DNA of 64,000 bases from contig JADIIX010000001.1 of NCBI GenBank assembly GCA_027604505.1, positions 1 to 64,000 on the forward strand, given 5' to 3'. The notes under the pieces are model-generated. The model saw only the letters and a program-made list of their open reading frames with translations, did not search any database and had not been told where the DNA came from. Source of the stretch: Gonapodya sp. JEL0774 (taxonomy: Eukaryota). The position numbers and the translations under genes were made by a program. Below are positions 1 through 10,452 of this stretch, piece after piece (within the stretch, counting starts at the first letter, position 1; the number at the start of each line of letters is the position of its first letter).

Positions 1-3000
1 CTCTGCTGAGGGCTTTCGGGTCCTCCTGGGTCTGTGGCAGTGAATTGTTGTTGAGCTTCCAGTCAATTGGGCTTCGTGCGCATGGTTTACTCACCTCCTG
101 ACCGATCCCCATATCAGCGTCTTCCTTTTCCAAAAGGAGTGCGAGCTTTTCCTTCGTGATGTTGAAGTCGAAGTCATCAGGCTTGATCAGGGAGACAATC
201 ACGGAGAAGAGTCCGGAAGCGCCCAAAGACACAAGGTTTCCGGCCAGCTATTAAACATGGAAGGCCATCCACCGATATTTAAACATAAAGCAAAGCATAA
301 ATGCGTGACTATACAATGACATACCATGGGGTAGTTGGCTCCAGTCGAGTTCAGGGTGAGCTCTCCGTAGAGTCCCTGCGCCGTTCCCAACCACGATGAA
401 ATTCCGCATACGAAGCCAAAGAAACATGCGCCAACCGCAGCGTAGACATTCTGTTTCCTCCAAGTGAGACTGTCATAATGCGCAACCGGAACGGATGTCA
501 GTAACGAGAACCATCAGTTGGTCAAGAGGACCACGCACGTGAATGCAATCGGAAACACGGCAGGAGACACTATGACGCCCATGAGCAGGTACAAGTATCC
601 GAGAGAGATGCCACTAGAATGACCACGGTAAGATGAGTTATCCCAATCGCAGTTTTAGAGCAAGCTTCCACACTTACATGGTGTGCAGGATGATCCCGAG
701 AACCCCCATGACGACGCCAAAGCCACCAATAATATAGTGGGAGAAACTCACAAGCTGTTTGCCGGTTGCTTCGGGGTTAATGTAGGTGCGATAAACATCG
801 TCTGTAGTGTTCCGAAGAGAGCAATGTTTGGTGTAAGTCTACAACATTCATCAACCAAGAACCCCTTTTATAGACACCCATGAGAACTCACAGGTTATAA
901 TCGACGCGACCGCAATGAGCTCTGCTGACGCTGCACTAGTGACAGCCATAAATACCAATATCAGGATGGCGATCCCACCCCCAGATCCCAAAAGTGCAAC
1001 GGCGGAGTTTGGTGCGACGAGGCCGGCACTAACAGATCCTGGGTCCTGTGACAAAGCAACTTCAGAAACCTGATCCGAACTATCAGTACCTTTTTGCTTC
1101 CACATGGAAACTCACAAGGCGAGCAGGGAAGGTGGGAAAGGCGGCGTTGCTTTCGAGGGCGACACCGGCGAGACCGAGCGTGGTGGCAAGGAAGAAGGGA
1201 ATGGCGAACCAGCAAAGACCTACGGTAACACAGACATGAATATCTTGTTGTGAGTTCTGAGCTTGATTTTCTAAACGACTCACCGCCAACGAGGTAACCC
1301 AGAACGGTGGATGACGGGCGCGCAGCAACAGCGCGCTGCCAGTAAGCTTGGTCGACGAAAACGGTACCGAAGTTACCGACAAGGTTGATGATGCCTGATC
1401 GGGAAAACCATAACGGATGTGTTTCACAATTGAGATAGAATCGAGACATTGTACAATCGACAGCCCGCTCACCGAAGCTGTTGAATCGAGTCAGGATGAG
1501 AGTTGATCGCATATTATGGAGATTGAATAAAAGAAACTGAATATCTCACGCACTCACACTGGCAGGAAAACAGAGACAAGGTGTTAAAAACAGACCGCAA
1601 CCTATCTTGATCGGATGTACAAATGTAGAAACTCACTTAAACCATCCGTGGAAGACATCGTCAGGTAGTTTCCATCCTGATTGTTTGCAACGGGATGAGC
1701 AGCGGCAGCTTTTTGGAGGAGATCGTACTAACCAACGGAACATGAAGTTGTGAGACTCTCCTACGACATAGAAAAATATACACCCACCATCGCCGAGGGG
1801 GATCCGATGAGAGGTGATGACGCGTAAACAACAAATCCGAACATAAGGATAATGACGTAGATAAACACGGTGTGGGAGTAATCAGTGAGGAAGGTGGCTT
1901 TGAGACCTCCAGCGACCTGAACGAGAAAGTGACACGTAAACAACGCCGAGTTCGAAGGAATTTGCGTTTCCCTTTCTCAGAAACTCACCACGTAGACTGT
2001 GACTCCGAGCGGGATCAGCATACACGCGGCGTAAACGTTCATTCCCGTAAGCGACTCAACAACCGCAGCGCCGCCAAGGATGAGCTGGGGCATGATCATT
2101 TGTTGGAAACTATGGTAACGTAGCGAAAAAGGCTTATAAGGTCTAGACATACCATAGCTGTTACGATGGCATTCGTAGCGAGGCTACCAGATGAGATAGG
2201 AGAATGATGTAAATAGCACCCATTGACGAACAGGTCAGGAATGCTCACCCAAAGGCCAAGAAGACAAGGTGGGCTGTCTTCCCGTACCGAACGAGAATAA
2301 TTTCTAGGAATGTGTGAGCGTTGGGAGCTTTGCGTTTCAGCTCGATGGCGAGGACTAATTTGACGGAAAGTGGGCGAACTATCCCTGGAGATCGATCAAG
2401 CAGAGAACGCAAACGTACTCGCAAAGAGAAGCACTTGAACCGTGGCCCCAGAAGCGTACCAGAAGGGACCTGCAAAATAAATGTGGGCTGACACATTCCG
2501 ATCGCGGCTGGAAGAACGCTCCACTTCTTACCGGAAACACCATATTGGTAAGCGACTGTAGAGGATTGAAGGAGAGTTGCTGCCCAAGTCCACGCGCTTA
2601 CAACAGCAGATGCGGTCAGACCCTGCAATGTGGAGAGAACGAGTGAGATCCAACATAGAGAACGTATTCTGAAGCAAAACCATCACTCACGGTTTTGACT
2701 GTTTCCGAAGGGTGGACGAAGATTAATGAAAATGATGAGTTCCTCCCCCTCAATCAAACACAGGTCAATTTCAATCAATGGTCTGACGTACTTGTCCGGC
2801 CGGCCGTCATAAACTGTTCAGATGTTTGCACTTCCCCCAAATACCGCTCTTGAGCCTTAGTGATGAGAGTCATAACTAAATGTGGAGGGTATCATGGAGA
2901 TTGGGGGCGTAACTGAACGCACGGTATCAAACTCATTCCCTCACCGACAGCGAAAAAGGCACCGAATCCGATGACAATGAGCCATCCGACTGCTTGTGAT

Positions 3001-3011
3001 AGGATCGCCAT
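1..3011 (-). CDS. DUR3: Urea active transporter (sodium:solute symporter family), multi-exon, 3' end runs off the window
   Basis: Spliced translation gives [10 protein letters not shown]..., [88 protein letters not shown] and [29 protein letters not shown], all DUR3 signature blocks; canonical GT-AG introns. Confidence 0.95.
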
Positions 3012-3096
3012 TGTGAGAGCGTGTGGGTTGTTGGTGGGTCAAGCGTTAGGAGGGGCAGGTTTGAGAAGGTTCGTCTAAAACAACAAAGCCTCTGGC

Positions 3097-3516
3097 TGAT
3101 AGGGCAAATTATAAAGCGGGGGAGGGGTCGATAAGGAACCAATCAAGGGTCCACACCCCCAAATGCTTGGGTCCTTGGTTGATCCGATTTTTCCAAGGTT
3201 GGGGCACAGCGATAAGGAGAACAGATTAGTATTGCTCGGCAAAGTTGGTGATTAGTGCGTATATAGTCCCCACAACCATCATGACGCAGTTGGCTAAATA
3301 AATTTAGTTTCGGTCGTTTCTCATAACGCACAGATGTGTTCCACATGCCACAGTAACGGATTGCAGTAGGTGAAAAGGAGGCGTAACGGGAGGGCAAGAA
3401 GGAGTGTGGGTGGGAGTTTTCTTTTAGCGCCTCGCAAGTATTCGACTCTCCGATTACAGTGTTACGTGCGGCAGGTGGCCGGCAGCCAAACTTTTGTTGC
3501 GTTATTTTCATTATCT
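3097..3516. promoter_or_regulatory. GATA (GATAA/GATAG) elements upstream of DUR3, candidate nitrogen-regulation sites
   Basis: Identical CGATAAGGA at 3129 and 3210, TGATAG at 3097, TTATCT at 3511; DUR3 is a known GATA-factor (nitrogen catabolite repression) target in yeasts. Confidence 0.4.
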
Positions 3517-3881
3517 ACCGTTAGTTTACATAGGCATTAGTGCAAAGCACTAGCTGCTTGGTTGGGCGTTAGTGCCTGTCACGGCAACGCCTTCCCCGAA
3601 TAGCACATACAGACGGGATTTGAATCCGCGCTCGTTCTTCCAGACTGTTTCACCACTCAACCAAAAAAAAATATGGCACGATCGACAGTCAGATCAAGGC
3701 AAATAATTCGATTCTGCTATAGGATTGTGAATTTACATTTGTAATGATGAAACAGGAATAATTCCGCTCTATCGCACAGCTCGTCAACGTAGGGGTGGTG
3801 GGACGAGGTTCATTATTCGTCCAGTGCAGTCCGCAAAAAAATACCCAGAGAGTGCCTCACAGTAAAACGCTAGCACATATT

Positions 3882-6392
3882 TTACGCTGGGACGCCATCG
3901 ACGGTCATCCCCTCAAAGGACGCCCGATCCACTGATAATTCCTCTAAGATGGTCTCAGCAGTTCTGTCGTCATCATCCAATTTCTGACGCTTTGCAGACT
4001 CTGGCATGTCTTCATCATTGCCAACCTTGCGCGGTCTCCCTCTCGGTCGTGGCGCACGCGGGGAAGGCGAGATCGCCACCACTGCTGACGACCCCTTCGT
4101 TACTGCAAGTGCAGGAACGTACAAGAATTCCGACTCCTGTATTTTGCGCTTTGAAGGAGTTATGCGTGACTTGACAGAAGAGGCCATCCGCACAATGTGC
4201 TGTGTTATGGCTGACGCGTCAGCGGCAGCCCTCGCTGCCTGAGCGGTTGCACTCGCAGCGGCACTCCTCGCCGCATCTGCCTCCAGCTCCGCCAATCGGA
4301 TACGCCCGCCTTTTAATTCTTCCTCTAAAACTGCGTTCTCGGCTCTTGTACGCTCCATATCTGCCTCCAATTCCGCTAACCGCGCTTGCATTGACTCGAT
4401 CGCAGTGCGGGTTTCCTTGGCTTCGTTCTCCCACCATCGCCCTGCTTCCTCTGCAGACTCGACGCGTTCTCTCAAAGCTTGAGCAACACCGTCCACATTA
4501 CCAAGTGCTGCTGCCTCCACCGCCTCTCTCAATCTCGCCACTTCCGCCTCGGCTAACATCCTCGCCTCTTCCGCCTCCATTCGCGCTTCTTCCGCGGCGC
4601 CAGAGTCCAACCTGCCCTTTTCTCGCTCCAGATCAGCCTCCCTCGCGTTCAGCTCCGCATCCCGCTTGGCAACATCCAGATCCCTCATGGCCTGGTCCAG
4701 CTGCTTTTCCAACTCTCCGACATACCGCTCCAGGAATCGGACGTGATTCTTATGCCGCTTGCGGTAGAGCGCCGCAGCAACTCTATTTCGCTCCCTCTTC
4801 TTCGCTCGCTTCAAGGGATCCGCCTTTCCCGACAATGCACCGCCCCCCGCTGAATCACCCACACCTTCTAGCAAATCACCATTCGCAGCGTTCATCTCGT
4901 CCAAGTCACCATCTAAATCCCCTTCCTCGTTATCTCCAAGCTTGATTCCGATGTCGATCGCTTTGAACTCCGCTTCAGAGCGGGTGACAGACTCGGTGCC
5001 CGAAAAGCCCTCCGCAGCGGCTTCTTTGGCCGAGGCCTCTTCGAGTGCAGCCACATCTTCGTCGGTGAAACCGACGGCATTCTGAGCGATTGCTTTAGCA
5101 CGGGCTTTCGCGATGGCTGCAGAGCGGGCAGCGGATTGCACAATCTCGCCAAGGGGTCGAGATGGGAAGCTGGCACTCAAGGCAGACACTTTGCGCGGAT
5201 CGCGGGCACGTGTCGTCGGAGCAGGTTGAACGGATGTATTCGAGGACGCAGGCACGATGGTGTTGGAAGATGCTGAGGGAGTGGAGGAAGGAGAGCTCGA
5301 CTTCAACGGACCGACAGTCGCTGGATGAGCAAGGGCAGCTGGATGATTTGGGGCAAGATAAGTCGGTGGAGGTCTGGCACTGAATGGTCGTGGAGTAGCC
5401 TGCCCGGTTCTCGTCGATGCTCCTCGAAGAGCGATCGAGCCACCGTTTTGGGAGCTGAGGACAGGATTCGTGGAGGGAACGTTGTCGGGACTGGTAGATG
5501 GCAGCAAATTTACAGTGGTGTCAGGAGACGAAGCAGAGTGGAATATCAGGTGCGATTGGGACTCGCAGCTGGCATGGGTGGCTTTCAACGTTCAGTGGTG
5601 AGGTGGGGTCCACCACGCAAAATTCGATGTAACCATACCAGTCGATAATGATGAGGTCATAGTAGTCTGCAGTGGCGTCGGCTTCAGATCGGTACCTGTC
5701 GCGGGTGTCTTGATTCCGTCGGCCGTTACACTTTCTGTCTGGGGAGAGTGGAGTTGAAGCCTGCTGGTGCGCTCCGGCATCCTCCTTCGTCTCAACGATA
5801 CGCTCTCTGAGGGAGCAGAAGCATCAGGAAGTAAGATGGTCGCTTCAGATTCAGACGGAGATGTGACCTCCAGAAGTGGATTCGCGGACCCGTCCGAGGC
5901 ATCGCGTTGGGGATATTGGTGGGGGTTCTGTATGGGTTGCAAGGGCACGAAAGGATGAGATGCAGCGCCATTCACACTTCCATTTGCACTTGTGTGTTGA
6001 GATGAAGTTACGGGAGGAGAAGTTGGGAACTGAATTGGAGTCTTCGGTGTGTTCGGCGGGGACACACAGGGAGAATCCGAGGTGGAGCTGGCAGCTTTAA
6101 TGACGTTGGTGCTGAATTTGATTTTGAGCTTTGGAATAGTCGATGAAGGTATGGTTGACGGAAGTGGGGGTTGATTGGGGAGTGGCGGGGCTATCATGGT
6201 GGAAGTGGCGGTTGACCTTGAAGGTTGCGAAATGTGAGGACTGGTGTCAACGGGAAGCGGCAGCGGTGCCATTGGTTCTATTGGAGGGTTTGTGTCCACA
6301 GTCATGCTCGATGAAGAAGAGATGTCGTCAGCCCGATCCAGTCCATCGCCCATTGTGAGTGGGGGAATGAGACCAGCTGACGATGTAGCCAT
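3882..6392 (-). CDS. bZIP transcription factor with long coiled coil and C-terminal AT-hook (2 exons, intron ~5583-5638)
   Basis: Basic region and zipper KRAKKRERNRVAAALYRKRHKNHVRFLERYVGELEKQL; AT-hook PRPRGRPRK; ORFs 5592-6518 and 3882-5588 join in phase through gtatgg...tgaaag; start codon uncertain. Confidence 0.85.
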
Positions 6393-7072
6393 ATTCCCAG
6401 CCAAGGGTGCTTGACGTGTATCCCTCTGTGATAACAACCGGGTGGATGCCGTTAGCTGTGACAAACTAACCATCTTGAAAGAAAAGACAACATGAAAACA
6501 CCACCCAATCACAGCCACTCACTTTCTCTTTCTTAATCCAGGTTTGTTGGTGCTTGCTTTACTGTCCACGGAGTTCGACGCTGAATCCTCAACAATTGTC
6601 CAGGTGGTGTGTTACGAGAACCGGCAATTGGACGGCCGACTGCGAAAGAGGCCCGGCCTAGCTGACACAGCACAGGTTCTTCAAAGAGGATTAATCAAGA
6701 ACTTTGTTCACTGCAACGATCTGCCGCGTTTGCTGGCTTGATTGGTGGACGGGTTCACGGGTGACTTTACGTCACCACTGGGGAATGCGTCACCAGGGTG
6801 GTGTGGCGATTGCCCAAATAGTAATTTTCACCATATTTTTCTCTCAGAAGTATGCTCAAGGGAAATCACTCGCTGAGCACTACGATCACAAATCGAAACA
6901 TGCACTAAATTAATGGAGCACTCCCACATTTTGCTATTCTCATGAAAGACCAGCCACCAAAAACTAAGACCAATTCGACCACTTACGAAAGTAAACCTCC
7001 AAAATTATCTACAGTACACCAAAATCTGGATCACAACAAAGCAACCAACGAACCACCTCGAGCTGCAGGAGT

Positions 7073-8648
7073 TTAGGAAGCCCTTCCAGAACCTTCTGTA
7101 CCCCAAGCCCCGCTAAGTTGTGCAGGCCGCGTGGTTCGGGTTGGATACAGCTGTTCGTGAGGACTGACGGAAGAATTGCGTGTTGAAGCAAAAGAGGAGT
7201 TGCGAAGGCCTTCTACTGGTACAGAAGGGTCCACAAAAGGGTTGTCCAGGAACGGATTGCTTCGTCGGGAAACGAAAGAACGCCCGGTTGGACGACTCTT
7301 TCCACCTCCGAGCTCCACATTGAACTCACCTTAGTGGCATTGAGGGTGCAGGTTGCGGTCGTATCTGTCCCGAATCGGCCCATTCTGATTGCTGTTGAAC
7401 CGAAGATGTACCCCAGGCGGGTACAGGACCTGTATAGCTTGCGCTACCAACGCTTCGACCAAAATTTGGCTGAAGTTGAAATGTAGGCTTCGTGGGGGGA
7501 ATAGGATCTGAGAAAAGATCTTCCATGTTGTGTTGAGCGCGGGTGGTCGTGAAACTGGGGCAGCATAAACTTTGCCTACCCAAGAGATCCCCCACCGCTG
7601 GCCCGCTAGCTGCACCAGTTCCACCCGGGGAACTCTTCACTGGTGCGGGTTGACTCTTTGCTCTCCCACCGGTCTGAGCTGGGGGAGGGGAAAGAGCCCG
7701 TCTCTCTGGCCCCTGCTTCGCTCCTTCAGGAATCACGCTCCCAAACGGACCATATCCGAAAGTAGACGAAGTAGAATGGAATGCCGCAGGTGCGGCGGAC
7801 GAGGAAGTGGACGGTTGTGGGTGCGAACCACCATGGCGCATTCGGTCGTGGCGATGGGGCGTGGACGCGGCGAACGACGAGCCGCCCCCACTTTCCTTCT
7901 TCCTGATGAGGGCATCTAACGCTGCAGGAACAGAATTTTTGTGGGCACGAAGAGCGGCGATGCTTGCGGCACGATCATCGAAACCCATATCCTACAATAC
8001 GAACAACCAGTCAGTCCTCGCACGCACATCAGACACCACCCGAACGAACGAAGATCAAACCAAGCCTTAAATTTGCTTCAGCTCACCTCCAGTTGCTGGA
8101 TCTCTTTCCTCAAGTCATGAGGAATAGCCTTGCGTTTCAGGTAATCAGACCAATCGGAGGTGGTAAAAGTGCAACTCCATACGAACCACACTCAATTTCT
8201 TGTGTTTCGCTTGCTCAGCTTCTCTCCTCGCTTGCTCAAGCGTCTGGGGCTCCGGTCTTGGTGTTGGTATGTACTTCGCTTCCGGTGCAGGTGGGACATC
8301 TTCACCGGACAGAACTGCAACAGCTAGACTTTGACAAGGTCGTGTGTCCATGGTGGGTAAGAAAAAGGAACAATGTTGTGAGACGTGATGAGTGCAATGT
8401 CATTATTCCTGCCCAAATGAATCGTTTATCGCACCTCGTGAGACATCGCCATAGACCCGTCTTAAAGCCTTAACGTTTGCCGGGCTAATCAGTGATTGGG
8501 AGGAGGAATTGCAAGAGATTTGTTCGGCTCGATCTGAGTAACAGAAGGTTCGAACAGCTTACTCGTCGACAAACCCCATCGCGTGCAACGTAGAAATTTG
8601 GGGTGTAAAATCGTTAAGATCACGCAGATAGTTGGGATCCATGGACAT
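7073..8648 (-). CDS. Tandem UBA-domain protein with clathrin-box-like and NPF motifs
   Basis: Spliced UBA1 QISTLHAMGFVDDPANVKALRRVYGDVSRAVAVL; UBA2 IQQLEDMGFDDRAASIAALRAHKNSVPAALDALI; GDLLDLFSD formed by splicing; SNPFLDNPF near the C-terminus; possible further 5' exons up to ~8930. Confidence 0.8.
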
Positions 8649-10452
8649 CTTCGCTCGAGTTAAGCTTCTACCTGTCTCAAGTGATTTAAGTGGTTAGTGG
8701 TTACTCAATACAGGTATGTGCTGATTTAGCAGCAGTCGCCCACGCGGTGGTCAGCTTATGCATATCTGGACCAGGGGTCAACAAGGAAGGTGAGTTACAA
8801 AATCCAATTCAAAAATTCCCCAGCCCATATTTCCTGCAAAATCGACCCCGCTCGTCCTCAAAATCACCTTACCTCCGAACAGTAGTCTCGACATCGGGTC
8901 CCCGGCTCCCCTCGTCCAACGATTCTGCATTGGTTCAGAGGAGGTCGTACCCTCACCGTCAATGACCTATCATCAGCACCTGAGACCGTCTATAAGTCTC
9001 GTATAAGCTAATGAAGACTGTGAAATGAGCTCGGGATCTCACTGTGGTGATTTCGACGACCTGTGTGGTGTTGAGAAAGGCAGTTTTGCGAATCGCACAA
9101 TCATTTGGAGCGCTCGCGCGTACGGGTAATTGGAGCGCAATTCTAGTGAGTTCGTCTTTCGTTTTTCACTATATGGCTGCTTCAGTTTGGTGCTGAACTG
9201 TCCGGGTTCCGTTGCCCGGCAACACTTCAAGTCCCCATCGTCAAATGAACAAGTCGCAACACCTCGTCGCAGAATGAATTTCGCCGGGAGCTTTGAACAA
9301 GGAGCCGGAAAATGCATCTGTACCTCCCCTCTCCCATCAACAATCCCCAATGTCCAATCGCCTTTCTGAACATCACTTTCGTCTGTGACCTGTAATGGAA
9401 GTTATCATCCTCCCTTGTTACCCATTTGCCTGTGTGCACGTCATCTATGGGAACATGCCACGATGTTTTGTTCATGCGGTGAAGGGGAACTGGGAAGATG
9501 TGACGGAGTTCGGGCAAGGCTGGAATTCAAGGTCCCATCTGCTACTTGGAAACGCGTTGCCGTGATTGGCAGAGAAGGCACTAACACCGAACCCTCGCGA
9601 AACCAAGCAGCCAGTGCAAAAGCACTGATGCCTAAGCTAATGCTAGAATAATGAATACCCCAACAAAAGTTCAGCTGGCCACCTGCATTGAGAAAACAGA
9701 AGCTTGAATTTAACCAATTGCACACGCTAGTTGGCTCACAATAACAAGAATGGCACAACAGAAACTCACAAAAGAGCTCCACCATCCGTCTATCCTCCTC
9801 CCTCATCCTCCCTCGCCCTCTTCCACGACCAGTTTTTCCACGCTCTCCCAAATTGCGGGGAGCTCCATGAAGCGCAGTGAAGGAAAGGGGCATCGAAAAC
9901 GATTTGGCGGAATAATGAGAGCCGAGCTAGTCAGATCTCATGGTCGAGAAAAACAGCTGCGGAGGGAATCGGAATGGGCTAAGATGTAGTCGTGCTGTGT
10001 ATATATGCTGTAAAAATAGTGCTGATAGAGGCAGGCCCACCCCAACGTGGCTTCCCAGCCGACACATCCCTTCAATCCATACAAATCACCAGAATTATCA
10101 AAAGATAGTATATTTGATGCATGAGGCATAATTGCATATGATCCAAAAAAACACTACACAACAGAACTCAATCCACGCAACTCGATATTCCACATGCAGG
10201 TCAATCACTTCAATCACCCTGCAAAGGGTATAAAGGGTCAAAAACTGCACTCCGCAAATCTAATTAGTCATCCCATGCGGCATAGTGAAGGACTCAGGGC
10301 CAGAAGAAGGAAGAAAACGGTTTCCCGAAGGACAATCTGCACAAAGTTCAATATAGTGGTCATGATGATGGAATGGGTGTTAAGGGGTTTGAAGAGTGTC
10401 GAAGCACTGAACAAGGATGGAATTTCGTGAGATGATAAGAATTGGCTGGTAA

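Noticed and set aside
1549..1558. Alternative 9-nt exon TGTGAGTGC using the downstream GTGAGA donor instead of the 1-nt exon
   Set aside because: It does not restore the DUR3 frame together with the 5-nt exon and does not give the conserved IFG residues
8970..10440. Short overlapping ORFs in the UBA-GATA intergenic region
   Set aside because: No recognisable motifs or consistent splice structure
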